Shown here piece after piece: positions 25,601 through 40,861 of a stretch of DNA of 64,000 nucleotides; within the stretch, counting starts at the first letter, position 1, and each line of letters begins with the position of its first letter. The translations under genes and the position numbers were made by a program. Origin of the DNA: Octopus vulgaris (taxonomy: Eukaryota); the NCBI GenBank assembly GCA_951406725.2, contig OX597815.1, positions 6,820,001 to 6,884,000 on the forward strand, given 5' to 3'. The notes beneath the pieces are model-generated. The model did no database searches and had not been told where the DNA came from. It saw only the letters and a program-made list of their open reading frames with translations.

Positions 25601-28600
25601 ACATTCCTAGATGCAGGTGTGGGCTTGGATCAGTCTCACTACATGTTACCTTGGGCAGGTGTCATCTACTCTAGCCAAAGCCTTATGAGAGGATTTGGTA
25701 CAGGGAAACTGAAAGAAGCCTATCATGCATATCCTTACTTTGACATCCTGTGATAATTAGAAATGAGAATCACCAACATACGAGGGACGTTGTGCCTTTC
25801 TTGTCTTCCATGGTGAAATATTACCTGGCTTGGAAACAAGTGAGTGTTGGCAACAGGAAGGGAATCCAGCTGTAAAAATCTACATCAGCAAATTCCATCT
25901 AACCCATGCAGACATGGGAAAATGGATGTTGAATGATGGTGATTGTTCTGTATGCTGGTATGACATTTCTAGTTATTAGATACAATTTAGGCCCTGTATG
26001 TTTAGAAATGCATGGCATACTCTAATGGGTTAAAATATGAGCTTGTAGTTGCTAAAGACAGGTTAAAGATAATATTACATCATCCCTTCTCCAATGTCAA
26101 TTGAACAAGAATGAATTTATTTTTAAAGGCTTAATCACAGGAGGAAGGGAGGTGCTTGCAGGCTGAGATTTCTGGGAGGAAATTATCCCTAAACTGGTGA
26201 CTCTGCCCAAATGTTACTAAAGACACCCAAGGCCCAGATGGTGGTTTTGTTAAACTAGCTCCTGCAATTAAGTCTCCTCCCATCTAAGAATTAAAAAAAC
26301 AAAACAAAAAAACCCCAGCAAAAATATGTAAAAAGAAGAAAAAAAGAATATATATTGCAAAGCAATTTTGAAAATATTGTTCATTCTCAGTATCTCCAAC
26401 AAGCTAGTTCATGCTGTCAGCAACTCTAGTGTTTGTTCTGTGACTCACAGACACACTCTGCTGCTGGGTGCTTTTTTTCTAGTCTCATATTTCATGTCAT
26501 CCTTGCATAAAATAGTTGAAGTGGATTCATTAGTCTGTCTGTTGTACAAAGAATCTGTTGATGTTGAATTAGACGGAGAAGGGTGTCGAGTTACACAAAA
26601 GTTAGGAATACAAAGAATTTTTATAAATTTTTGTTCAGTAAAATATACACAAAAGTTTTTCCTAATGCCATCCTCTTGTCTAAAATGTGAGTTACCATAT
26701 AGCAAGAAACCTGTTCCGCTCTGGCCCATCCCCTCGTAATTTAGCCTCTCATCTCCTTGCATAAAGACACCTCTCTCAAAGTATGTGGTGTTGCAAGCTG
26801 CATGGTAACCCCACTAATGCTGGTGGCACAAAGGGGGGGGGGAGACCACCTAGTAAACATTGTAAAGTGGTTGGCATTAAGAAGGACCCATCTAGCTGTA
26901 GAAGCTGAAGTGTAAAGGGCTTCAAGGAAGTCTCTTACCCTTCTTAGCAAACAACTCCGAAAAAGATACCCTCTACCCTACCCGTTGGTCTGTAGATAGA
27001 ATACTCCAGGACTCATACTTGTGCACATCTGTTCCCAGTGACTGCCTATGCAAAAAAAGGTTTGGAGTAAAGATAATTTGCAAACATAACATGGCAGTCC
27101 TGGTTTAGGACTGATGTTGCTGTAATTTAGCCCCAGGACACATCGTCTCCAGCTGGCTATATGACATGATCTGTGTTCTTATATTTTCAAACAAAAAAAG
27201 AAAAATAAGGACACAGATTGTGTCATATAGCCAGCTGGAGACAATGTCTCTTGGGGCTAAATTACAGCAACATTCATCCTAAACTAGGACTGCCATGTTA
27301 TGTTGACAAACAATCTTTATTCCAAAGTACTGTTACTGAATATCCCTCGTTGTGAGATTTAAAAATAGTAATTTTCTAAAGAAAGTTTTGCTCAAATCAC
27401 CTGTTTTGTCAGGTGGTGCATTGTGTCTTTGAGCAAGACACTTTATTTCATGTTGCTCCAGTCTGCTCAGCTGGCAAAAATGAGTTGTACATGAAATTCA
27501 AAGGGCCAGCCTTGTCACATACAGTATTATGTTGAATAATCATCATCATCATCGTTTAATGTCCATTTTCCATGCTGGCATGGGTTGGATGGTTTAACTG
27601 AAGTCTGGTAAAGCCAGTGGCTGCACCAGGCTCCAATTTGATCTGGCAATGTTTCTACAGCTGGCTGCCCTTCCTGCCTTGCCCAAGGACACAACACACC
27701 ACCTAGGCCAGAAATTGAATTCATGAACTTATGGCTATGAGCCCAGCACTTTAATCAATGTGATATTAGTTGAATAAGTTTTTCTGTAGTTGATGTTTAG
27801 CCCCAGGTCAGCCTTGACCACCTAGGCTATGACCAAAGCTGTTCCTGCTGTAACTATCCCGTCTTTTATTTTCAGACACAGTTTATCAAGGACTGCATTG
27901 GCCAAATGCAGATGGTTGTGTGTGATTTGGGGGAAATTTGGCTACTATTTCTACCAGGTCAAGCAACCAAGCAGAGGCTTTTTTGTAGACTTGTTCTTTA
28001 GTTGCATGTCAATTTTGTCATTAAGCAGTCATCTCTTTACTCTTTTACTTGTTTCAGTCATTTGACTGCGGCCATGCTGGAGCACCGCCTTTAAGTCGAG
28101 CAAATCGACTCTAGGACTTATTCTTTGTAAGCCTAGTACTTATTCTATCGGTCTCTTTTGCCGTACCGCTAAGTTGTAGCGACGTAAACACACCAGCATC
28201 AGTTGTCAAGCGATGGGGGGAAGAAACAGACACACAAGCATACATATACATATATATGACGGACTTCTTTCAGTTTCCGTCTACCAGATTCACTCACAAG
28301 GCTTTGGTCGGCCCGAGGCTATAGTAGAAGACACTTGCCCAAGGTGCCACGCAGTGGAACTGAACCCAGAACCATGTGTTTGGTAAACAGGCTACTTACC
28401 ACACAGCCACTCCTACGCCTATTTTTATGCTGTGACTTTTTTCTTTTTTTTTTCTGTCAGACAGGTAGGCAGAGGGTAACATGCATACTCTCTCTCTCTC
28501 TTTTACTCTTTTACTTGTTTCAGTCATTTGAATGCAGCCATGCTGGAGCACCGCCTTTAGTCGAGCAAATCGACCCCGGGACTTATTCTTTGTAAGCCTA

Positions 28601-31600
28601 GTACTTATTCTATCGGTCTCTTTTGCTGAACCGCTAAGTGACGGGGACGTAAACACACCAGCATCGGTTGTCAAGCAATGCTAGGGGGGACAAACATATA
28701 CACACACACACATATTTATATATATACATATATACGACAGGCTTCTTTCAGTTTCCGTCTACCAAATCCACTCACAAGGCTTTGGTCGGCCCGAGGCTAT
28801 AGTAGAAGACACTTGCCCAAGGTGCCACGCAGTGGGACTGAACCCAGAACCATGTGGTTGGTAAACAAGCTACTTACCACACAGCCACTCCTACGCCTAT
28901 TTTTATGCTGTGATTTTTTCTTTTTTTTTTTTTTTCTGTCAGACAGGTAGGCAGAGGGTAACACGCATGAAGACTTTTCATAAACAACCTTCTATATATA
29001 TATTTATTGCAGAATCTCATGAACACAATAAACAAAGGAAATTTGTTGACGAAAATGACAAACAGTTTGAAGAAAAGACAAACGGATCCTTAAGCTGCCA
29101 GGTCTCCTACATGTCCCTGGATGTTTTGGCTCAAGTTGCAGCTGATAAGTTACGAGATGATGAAAAATTACGACAGAAATCAACATCTAAAAAGGTTTCT
29201 AATTTGATTTTATTTATTTGTGAAGTGATTTCAATTAGGAGGAGGACCAGAGGGGGCTCCTGGCCCTCACAGACTCTCTGAGACTAGTTTGATTGTTGTG
29301 ATTTAATGATTTTAACCCTTGAGTATTTAAACCGGCCATATCCGGCCAAAATAATTAATCTGTTTTATGTTCAAACTGACCGGATCCAGGCTCTCGCACC
29401 TACCCTACAATGTTATTCTACATTAAGTAATTACACCATCAAGCTCTTGAAGATATGAGATAATGCGTGATTAATTGAAATCAATGGGAATCAATAGGTA
29501 TTATGTTTGGTTGAATAATCTGAACACTAAAGGGTTAATGTTGTTTGATGAGACTGGTTTTAGTTCTTCTATATTTTGACTGAACATAAATGTAAAAAAA
29601 AAACTATAAATTGTCAAAAAAACACAAAAGGCAGCTGAATGAATTGCATTTCTTATATTATTTAAGCACCCACTGCACTCTCAGAGTGGTTGGCATTAGG
29701 AAGGGCATCCAGCTGTAGAAACTCTGCCAGTAACTGGCTTCCGTGCCGGTGGCATGTAAAAGGCACCATTCGAGTGTGATCGTTACTAGCATCGCCTTAC
29801 TGGCACCTGTGTCGGTGGCATGTGTAAAAAGATTTGAGCAAGGTCGTCGCCAGTACCGCCTGACTGGCCCCTGTGACGGTGGCACATAAAAGCACACAAT
29901 CCACTCTCGGAGTGGTTGGCATTAGGAAGGGCATCCAGCTGTAGAAACTCTGCCAGATCAAGATTGAAGCCTGGTGCAGCCATCAGGTTCGCCAGCCCTC
30001 AGTCAAAATTGTCCAACCCATGCTAGCATGGAAAGCGGATGTTAAATGATGATGATGATGATTTACATTTGATGGATATTTGTCCTCATCTTGTTTGTTG
30101 TTAACACAACATTTCAGCTGATGTACTCTCCAGCCTTCATCAGGTGTCCTGGGGGAATTTCAAACCTGTGTTCGACAAACATCCATCAGACGTAAATAAT
30201 GTACATAATTCCTCATCTCTCAAATATCGAACTGAATTGTAATTTGTGTTAAGGAAATAGGATAACAGGCTGGTGGAATAGTTAGCACACCAGACAAAGT
30301 GCTTAGCAGCATTTCCTCTGTCTTTATGTTCTGAGTTCAAATTCTGACACAGACTGCTTTTCCTTTCGTCCTTTCGGGATCAATAAGATATGCTCCAGTT
30401 GAGCTCTGGGGTCAATGTAACCAACCCCTCCTTCGTAATTGCTGGCCTTGTGCCAGAATTTGAAACTGATATGTGTCAAGGAAATAGATACTATCATGAT
30501 CATCATTTACAGCCTGCATTCCATGCTGCCATGGGCTGGATGCTTGACAGGATTCGACTAGCTTAAGGGCTGCTTTGGTCTCTGGTGGTGTCTGCTTTGG
30601 CAGCTGAATGTCTTTCTCATGCTTACCACTTTACAGAGTGTACTGGGTGCTTTTTTTTTGTGTGGTGACTTGGGAGACAAAACCTCAACTGAGTGAAGGT
30701 TGCTGTATTTGGAGAGGTAGCTTTGAGCCAGGCTTAGAAAGGTTAAAGTAGGAAAGAGAGGCAGGAATAAGTGTTTTGCTGTAGAGGAGATGTATAACTA
30801 CACCATATATCTCTTCAATGCTGTGTGTGTGTACGAGATCATAGTCATGGCTGATGCAAGTCTAGCATAACTGGCCTGTTTAAAAGTACCCTTCAATTGT
30901 CGGGTAATATGCTATGCATAAGATCTGTTGAGTCAAGTGATGTCGTGGCCGATGCCAGTGCAGCCTGACTGGCACCTGTGCCAGTTGCACGTAAAAGATA
31001 CCAGTTGAGCGTGGTCGATGCCAGTGCCACCTGACTGGCTCCTGTGTTGGTGGCACGTGAAAAACACCATTTGAGTGTGGTCGATTCCAATGCTGCCTGA
31101 CTGGCTCTTATGCTGGTGGCACGAAAAAAGCACCCACTACACTCTTGGAATGGTTGGCTTAGGAAAGGTATCCAGCTGTAGAAACCTTGCCAGATGAGAC
31201 TGGACCCTGGTGTAGCCTCCTAGTTTGCCAGTCCTCAATCACTCCAACCCATGCCTGCATGAAAATCAGATGTTAAACAATGGTGATGATGAATTGAAAG
31301 ATCGGCTGTGTATTACAAAAGAAATATGGTAACAGAACGGTTAAAGCTCTTTAGTAAAGAATTATTTCATTTCAATAAATGTTTAAAATCTCTATTTTTC
31401 TCATTTTCCTTCCACAGATTTCAAAACGCAGCATTCAGTGCCTTGATATTTTAAACCTTGAGCAAATCCAATCACTCTCAGATAAAACCTTGCTTAATCT
31501 CTTCTCCGAAATCACATGCAACGAGATGACTCGGAACTTTACATATCAGTGTTATTTAATACCAGAAAAGTGCCAAGAAAAATTTACGAGTTTTGGAAAT

Positions 31601-34600
31601 GAAACGAAAGCAAAAATGCACATGAAACAACATTTAATCAACCATATCGACCAGCTAGTGTACGAAGCAAATGGTATGATAAATTTCTTGATAAATTTGG
31701 ATTTTATTTATGTTTTGACTCTCTCTCTTTACTCTTTTACTTGTTTCAGTCATTTGACTGCGGCCATGCTGGAGCACCACCTTTAGTCGAGCAAATCGAC
31801 CCCGGGACTTATTCTTTGTAAGCCCAGTACTTATTCTATCGGTCTCTTTTACCGAACCGCTAAGTGACGGGGACGTAAACACACCAGCATCGGTTGTCAA
31901 GCAATGCTAGGGGGACAAACACAGACACACAAACATATACACACACACTTATATATATATACATATATACGACAGGCTTCTTTCAGTTTCCGTCTACCAA
32001 ATCCACTCACAAGGCATTGGTCGGCCCGGGGCTATAGCAGAAGACACTTGCCCAAGATGTCACACAGTGGGACTGAACCCGGAACCATGTGGTTGGTTAG
32101 CAAGCTACTTACCACACATCCACTCCTGCGCCTATATGACTGTTTCATATCAGTAATTCAGTTTTTATCATCATAAGTTTTGTTTTCAAGAATTAAATAG
32201 CATTAATTTAGCTCTATTTTAGAATATTGAGCACATGGTGTAGACATGGCTGTGTGGTTAAGAGGTTCAGTTACCAACCACATGATTTTAGGTTCAGTCC
32301 CCTTTGGGATTTTGTGGCGCCTTAGGCAGATGTCTTTTGTTATTATTCCAGGTCAACCAAATCCTTGTGAATGGTGCTGGTGAATGGAAACCGCATGATG
32401 CCTAGTATGTGTGTGTGTGTGTTTGTGTGTCCTTATTTTGTCATTGCACCATAGTTGTAAACAAATATCACTGTTGTACATTCTGTGTCATTTATTTGCA
32501 ATCTTCAGTGAAAACATGTCCAGCCATTGTGCTGTTTGCGCATAAAGGACCAAGAGAAATATTGCCTTGCTTGGAAACAAGTGAGAGTTGACTACCTGAA
32601 GGGCATCATCATCATCATCATCATCGTTTAATGTCCATTTCCCATGCTAGCATGGGTTGGACGAGGAGGCTGCACCAGGCTCCAGTCTGATCTGGCAGTG
32701 TTTCTACAGCTGGATGCCTTTCCTAGCGCCAACCACTCCGTGAGTGTAGTGGGTGCTTTTTATGTGCCAGAGGAGACTGGCAGTGGCCACAATCAGTTGG
32801 TGCTTTTTACTTGCCATAAAACATCTACCTCACCTGGCCATAAAACATCTACCTCAATGAATTTCGCCTGACCCATGGACATTAAAATTGAGGAGGAGGA
32901 AATTAAATATACTGCAATTCAAGCTTGATGAAAGAAACTGCTTTTAAATATTTTCCATTTGTTTTATTTTTAAACTTACAGATCCAGAAAGGAAATACCG
33001 ATTTATATTTACTGCTGAACCAGTTCATGTCCGGAAAAGGAAATTATCTGGTAAAGTTACAGTTTAATTTCTGATGAAATATATTCTCAAAAAGGCGGTG
33101 AGCTGGCAGAAACGCTAGCATGCCAAGCGAAATGCTTAGCGGTATTTTGTCTGTCGTTACGTTGTGAGTTCAAATTCCGCCGAGGTCGACTTTGCCTTTC
33201 ATCCTTTCGGGGTCGATAAATTAAGTACCAGTTTCGCACTGGGGTCGATGTAATCGACTTAATCCCTTTGTCTGTCCTTGTTTGTCCGATCATCATCATC
33301 GTTTAGCGTCTGCTTTCCATGCTAGCATGGGTTGGACAATATGTCCCCTCTATGTTTAACCTCTTGTGGGTAGTAAAGAAATATATATTCTCAAATTATA
33401 TTTTCTTCTACAGTGAATTCCTGTGGCCTTGTGGTTAGGGTGTTGCACTTACGATCGCTTGGTCATGTGTTCAGTTTCTGAACTGATCCACATGTGTTCT
33501 TGAGCAGATCATTTCATTTCATGTTGCTCCAGTCTATTCAGAAGTAAATGGGTTCCCCTGTGATGGACAGGTTTTCCTGTCAGTGGAAATGTTGATCCAC
33601 TTGCCTAGCCACTGGGGTGGGATGTGGGGGTGTTGTCTGAAAGCTAAAATGATGCAAAGTATAACGACATCCACAATCATCATCATCCTCAACACCGTAA
33701 CCCTTATCATCATCGTCACTGCCATAACATCATCACTGTTATATCACCACTATCATCATCAGTCATAACATCACCACCATCATCACCACCACCATCATCA
33801 TCATCACCACCATCATCATCATCACCACCACCATCATCATCACTACCACCACCATCATCATCACTACCACCATCATCATCATCACCACCACCATCATCAT
33901 CACCACCACCATCATCATCACCACCACCATCATCATCACCACCACCACCATCATCATCACTACCACCATCATCATCACAACCACCACCATCATCATCACT
34001 ACCACCACCATCATCATCACTACCACCACCATCATCATCACCACCACCATCATCATCATCACCACCACCACCATCATCATCATCACCACCACCACCATCA
34101 TCACCACCACCACCATCATCACCACCACCACCATCATCACCACCACCATCACAGTCATCACCATCACTATTGTCACCATCACTGCCATCACCCCCACCAC
34201 CATCGTTCTACTAAAGTATTTTTATGTGTTCCAGTTATTGTAAGTGTATGAGAATTAATGCAGTATTTTTTTTTAATCTTTTTTAATTAACAGAAGAAAA
34301 AGCTAAAAAGAAGAGATCAACAAACTATGTGAATTGCAATCCTCTCAACGGGAGTAACATCAACTGCAGCAAGAACATTAAAACTTTCACGAATCTAAAA
34401 GCAACCAAAGAAATTAGTCGAGAAAACAAGATGCCAACCCCGAAGAGGAATGCTGTTGATATGAACGGACCAGTGAGGTCGACAAGAAAAAATAATCTGT
34501 CTGAGAGAGAGATAAAACAATCAAACGAGACTGTAAAAAATGTTAGTTCTCCCAAAAAAGTTATGGCACAGCATAACCTTAACAAAGAAACAAAACTTAA

Positions 34601-37600
34601 AAAGTCCCCTAAATGTAAAACCAAAAGGGTTTCTTCCAAATCTGTTCTTTTAGCGAATGAAGATGAATTAAAATTTGTAAGCCCGCAAGTTGTAGACGAA
34701 GCAGCTAAAAATGAGGAAGGAAACGGTGCTTCTAGAAAAGACATTGTCAAGAAGGTTGACCGAAATAATGAAGAATTTATTTTAGATTTGTTAAAGAATA
34801 CTCACCCACACCACGATCATTGTTACACGACGACATCTGGTAAGAAATGTCTCGTTGAGACATGTTCTGTCTATTCGGACAATGAAGAGGACAATTCCAG
34901 CAATCACTCAGCAGACGTAGATGACAGTTCTACATTGGATAGCAGACCATTATTGCCAATATTGGAATTAGATTTTTGCAGTGAAGATATACCTTCAGTG
35001 GCCTCTGAAGAGATTGTGGACAGTTCGTTGTTGACAGAAGATGAGGACTCTTTGGGTCATTGCGGACATAGTATGTTGTTTGTTTTTATCTTTTTTCTTT
35101 GTATCTTTTATCTATTATCTGTTTTAGTCATTGAACTGTGGTCATGCTGGGGCACTACCTTGAACAAACAACACCAGTAAATATTTTTAAAGTTTGGCAT
35201 TTATTTTCAATCAGCCTCTTTTGCTGAACTGCTAAGTTAAGGGGGATGTAAACAAACCAACACCAATCACCAAGTGGTGTGTGGGGACAAAGACACACAC
35301 ATACATATGATTGGTTTCCACAGTGTTGTTCATAAAGCATTGGTTGGCCTGGGGCCATAGTAGAAGACACTTGCCCAAAGTGCCATGCAGTGGGATGGAA
35401 CCCAAAGCCATATGGTTGCAAAGTGAGATTCTTAACCACTCAGCCATGCTTGAATCTGTAATTTTATAGAAATTCGACAAAATATGTTGAATTGGGAAGA
35501 TTTCAGTTTTTTTATTGTTATCAACTGAATTCAAATTTGCAGTTAATTTCATAAAAGTAATCTTGTGATATTCATCATCATCGTTTAACGTCCGCTTTCC
35601 ATGCTAGCATGGGTTGGACGGTTCAACTGGGGTCTGGGAAGCCCGAAGGCTGCACCAGGCCAGTCAGATGTGGCAGTGTTTCTACAGCTGGATGCCCTTC
35701 CTAACGCCAACCACTCCGAGAGTGTAGTGGGTGATTTTATGTGCCACCGACACAGGTGCCAGACGAGGCTGGCAGACGGCCACGCTCGGATGGTGTTTTT
35801 TATGTGCCACCGACACAGGTGCCAGACGAGGCTGGCAGACGGCCACGCTCGGATGGTGTTTTTTATGTGCCACCGACACAGGTGCCAGACGAGGCTGGCA
35901 GACGGCCACGCTCGGATGGTGTTTTTTATGTGCCACCGACACAGGTGCCAGACGAGGCTGGCAGACGGCCACGCTCGGATGGTGTTTTTTATGTGCCACC
36001 GACACAGGTGCCAGACGAGGCTGGCAGACGGCCACGCTCGGATGGTGTTTTTTATGTGCCACCGACACAGGTGCCAGACGAGGCTGGCAGACGGCCACGC
36101 TCGGATGGTGTTTTCTTATGTGTCACCGACACAGGTGCTAGACGAGGCTGGCGGACGGCCACGCTCGGATGGTGTTTGTTACGTGCCCTCAGCACGGAGG
36201 CCAGTCATTGCGGTACTGGCTACGGTCCCGTTCGGATGGTTTTCTTATGTGCCACCGGCACTGGTACCACAAGGATACAAATTCCATTGATGTTCATCTA
36301 TTTTGATTTGGTTCGATTTGATTTGATACGATTCGATTCTCACTTGCCTCAACAGGTCTTCACAAGTGTCACAAGAAGGAAGGTATGCACAGGTGGACTG
36401 ACTACGTCCCAGGTAGGGGCCACGGATTATGGCTTCACTAGTCTTGCCGGGTCTTCTCACGCACAGCATACTTCCATAGGTCTCGGTCTCTAGTCATTTC
36501 CATGGTGAGACCTAACGTCCGAAGGTCGTGCTTCACCACCTCGTCCCAGGTTTTCCTGGGTCTACCTCTTCCACGGGTTCCCTCAACTGCTAGGGATTGG
36601 CACTTTCTCACACACCTCTCTTCATCCATTCTCGCCACATGACCATACCAGCGCAATCGTCTCTCTTGCACACAACAACTGATGCTTCTTAGGTACAACA
36701 TTTCTCTCAAGGTACTAACGCTCTGTCGAGTAAGTACACTGACATTACACATCCATCGGAGCATACTGGCTTCGTTCCTCACGAGCTTACGCATGTCCTC
36801 AGCAGTCACGGCCCATATTGTAAAGTATATCTGCCACCTAAATGTGGCAGTCCCATAGAGAACAATGCTACTGTTGTTTATAACCTCAGGAAGGCATCTC
36901 TTCCAACTAGCTAACGACACACTGCCTCATCATCATTATTTAACGTCCGTTCTCCATGCTAGCATGGGTTGGACGGTTCGACCGGGGATCTGGGAAGCCA
37001 AGAGGCTGCACCAGGCTCCAGTCTTATCTGGCACTGTTTCTACAGCTGGATGCCCTTCCTAACGCCAACCACTCCGTGAGTGTAGTACACTCCGTGAGTG
37101 TAGCTAGAAGCACTGTCTGTGTCTGATTAATATTTGTGAAGAGAAATCATCATTCTCATCTCAAGCCTTACTAGGTGGCAAATATACTTCACGGTTCCAT
37201 GCTGCTACTGTTTACTTCTCGCTCAGAGATTTAATTTTGTGATATTAACCAAATCCAAAAACGAAATGTACTAAAAACGAAAATCAAATAAATACTTGGC
37301 TTCTTAAATTTCTGTGAAAATGTGGAGAAAAATGAGAAAATATAGATTTTACGCATATATAATATAATTTGGTGCCACATAAAAAGCACCGATAACACTC
37401 TGTAAAGTGGTTGAAGTTAGGAATGGCACCCAGCTGCAGAAACCTTACTGAAACAGACCAAGGAACCTGGTGTAGCCCTCTGGCTTGCCAGCTCCTGTCA
37501 AACAATCCAAACCATGCCAGCGTGGAAAACGGATATTAAATGATGATAGTAATATTCATCATCATCATCATGACCATCATTTAATGTCCGTTGTCCATGC

Positions 37601-37748
37601 TGGCATGGATTGGACTGTTTGACCGGGACTGGTAAACTGGAAGGCTGCACCAGACTCCAGTCTCATTTGGCATGGCTTTCTATGGCTGGATGCCCTTCCT
37701 ATAGTATATTTTAATTGTTACATTGTGGGAGTTTTGGTAAAAGATTAT

Positions 37749-37786
<38 letters not shown>

Positions 37787-40700
37787 CATCTTCATCGTTA
37801 TCATTTTTCATGTTCACTTTGTTTGTATTCAGAACCGTATCCCCCTATGCCAAAATCAGCTTTAGCCAAAAAAGGAAAACTACAGGTGCCAGAAGAAAAC
37901 GAATCCCTTAGTGAAGGAGAAGCTGTGGAATATAATACCCCTTGCCCTAAGAAGAAGAAGAAAGATTTTGAGAAGAATACAGCTGCTGAATTAGAAAGGG
38001 TAAGTGTTTATAGAGTTTGATTTATAAAATTCTGATGTTACGAAGAGCATTGAGCCATAGAAACCATGCCAAAACAGACAATTGGTGCCTGGTTAGTTAC
38101 TTAGTTAGTTAATTATTTGGCTCAAAAAGCAAAAAGTAAGGCCATGTAGGGGGACATGAAGTTATGTACAGGGTGGTGTTCATGTAAAGCGTTCAGGCCA
38201 CTTGAGGTCAAGGGAGACTTTGAACCGAGCGGTTGTCGGCATCATCACCATCTCGTCTGGCAGCTTATTCCACGGATCCGCCTGGTGTAGCTCTCCAGCT
38301 TGCCATTTTCTGTCAAACTGTCCAACCCATGCCAGCATGGAAAATGGACATTAACTGATGATGATGATGATGGTGTTTCTTGAAGTAATAATAATAAAAG
38401 TAGAGATGAGAAATGGCATTATTCATTCCCTTTGGTATAGTTCATGAGTGATATTGAGATAAAACCAGTGGGTGGTGAACTCAGTAGGGCTCTTGGCAAA
38501 ATGTAGAGCTCATAGTTACATTCTTGTATGTTGTGAGTTCAAATCCCACTGATGCTGAGTTTGTCTTGCATCCACCCCCTGGGGTGGGGGAGGTTGATGA
38601 AATAAGTAACAGTTATATATTGGAGACAGGTAAATCAACATAGCCACCTCTCTCCCTCTGTCTAAATCTTATACTCTCTTTTACTCTTTACTCTTTTACT
38701 TGTTTTAGTCATTTGACTGCGGCCATGCTGGAGCACCACCTTTAGTCGAGCAAATCGACCCCGGGACTTATTCTTTGTAAGCCCAGTACTTATTCTATCG
38801 GTCTCTTTTGCCGAACCGCTAAGTGACGGCGACGTAAACGCACCAGCATTGGTTGTCAAGCAATGCTAGGGGGACAAACACAGACACACAAACATATACA
38901 CACACACTTATATATATATACATATATACGACGGGCTTCTTTCAGTTTCCGTCTACCAAATCCACTCACAAGGCATTGGTTGGCCCGGGGCTATAGCAGA
39001 AGACACTTGCCCAAGATGCCACGCAGTGGGACTGAACCCAGAACCATGTGGTTGGTTAGCAAGCTACTTACCACACAGCCACTCCTGCGCCTATGTCAAT
39101 GATAAAAATTAATATTTAGATAAGTTTGTGTATTTTCATGTATTTTAATCTGATATAGTGCCCTGTTATGACTGGAAGTGTGAGGGGCTTCCGTTTTAAA
39201 CTGGGACCAGGAGAGACATGTTGGCATATGCCAACAACATTATTGTCATTGTGTTGGACATCACAGAAGTGGGCATCATCATCATCATCATCGTTTAATG
39301 TCCGTTTTCCATGCTGGCACAGGTTGGACGGTTTGATTGAGGTCTGGGAAGCCGGGAGGCTGCACCAGGCTCAAATCTGATCTGGCAGTGTTTCTACAGC
39401 TGGATGCCCTTCCTAACTCCAACCACTCCGAGAGTGTAGTGAGGGCATTTTGTGTGCCACCAGTATGGGAGCCAGTCAGGCGGGCCTGGCATTGATCACA
39501 TTCGGATGGTGCTTTTTATGTGCCACTGGCACTGGGGCCAGTCAGGTGGTACTGGCATCAGCCATGTTTGGATGGTGCTTTTTACGTGCCACCAGCACTG
39601 ACACTATTCTAAATCAATATGAGACGGTGGCAGGAGTCAAGATCAATGCAGACAGCTTGATGGTGTTGCCACTGGACACATGAAGAGGCTGCTCAATGTT
39701 GTTCAACAATGTTTATAGCATGTTGGATTGATGGACCAGTTAAACTGCTCAGGGTCTGGTTCACTTGCAACAAATACATGTGGACTGGACCTAGGATGAG
39801 GTGACAAACAGGGTGGCTAGTCCTGTCCAGAAATTGGTTGATTGACGGCTACCTCAGAAAGGCTGGGCAGAGAAGGCAAATACCTACGTCACTTCTTCTG
39901 ATATCAATTTCTGCTGAGATTGACTTTGTCTTTCATCCTTTTGGGGGTCAATGTCATCAATGAGCTCCTTCCCCTCAAAATTTCAGGCCTTGTTTCTATA
40001 GTAGAAAGGATTATTATCATTGTTATTATTATTATTAAGGTAGCAAACTTGGCAGAACAATAAGCATACTGGATGAAATGCTTGGCGGTATTTCGCCCAT
40101 CGCTGCGTTCTTAGTTCAAATTCTGCCAAGGTCAACTTTGCCTTTCATCCTTTCAGGGTCGATAAATTAAGTGCTAGTTAAGCACTGGGGTTGATGTAAT
40201 CAACTAGTCCCCTTGCCCCAAATTTCAGGCTTTGTGCCTATAGTAGAAAATATTATTATTATTATTATTACTCTTTTTTTTTCTTTTCTTATATATTGAA
40301 GAAAACGGCATTACGTTGCATCAGGGAATTGAAAGGCCGCAAGAAAGATGATAAAATTGCTCTTGCTTGTCAAATTTGTCTCGACAAGACCTTCACAGCC
40401 AGTGCAACTCTGATGTATCACTATCGTAGCCATGCTGGTAAGTATCTCAAAATTGTCTTTGATCCTTTCATTCTTATCATCAGAACAATTATTGGTGGTA
40501 TAGGTTCTAATATTTGGCAACAAGCTTTTAGCTTTCCATAAATTTGTTTTGATATGGTCTTTCTTCTCTCTTAGAGATTTGCAAGTAACTGTCATATTTT
40601 CAAGTGCGCAAGTCTGTGTAGTATATACTCTTCTTTTACTTGTTTCAGTCATTTGACTGTGGCCATGCTGGAGCATCACCTTTAGTCAAATCAACCTCAG

Positions 40701-40825
40701 GACTTATTATCTGTAAGCCTAGTACTTATTCTATCGGTCTCTTTTGCTGAACCGCTAAGTGACGGGGACGTAAACACACCAGCATCGGTTGTCAAGCGAT
40801 GTTGGGGGGACACACAGACACACAA

Positions 40826-40861
<36 letters not shown>

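Noticed and set aside
26368-26762. Overlapping ORFs of 105-123 aa in ZnF intron 1
   Set aside because: No recognisable domain and no phase-compatible splice sites.
33763-34203. Poly-Met/Val or poly-His ORF
   Set aside because: Translation of an intronic microsatellite; the flanking exons splice in phase without it.
35739-36181. CRISPR-like array or repeat-protein ORFs
   Set aside because: Head-to-tail units with no unique spacers, inside a SINE in a eukaryotic intron; no cas genes.
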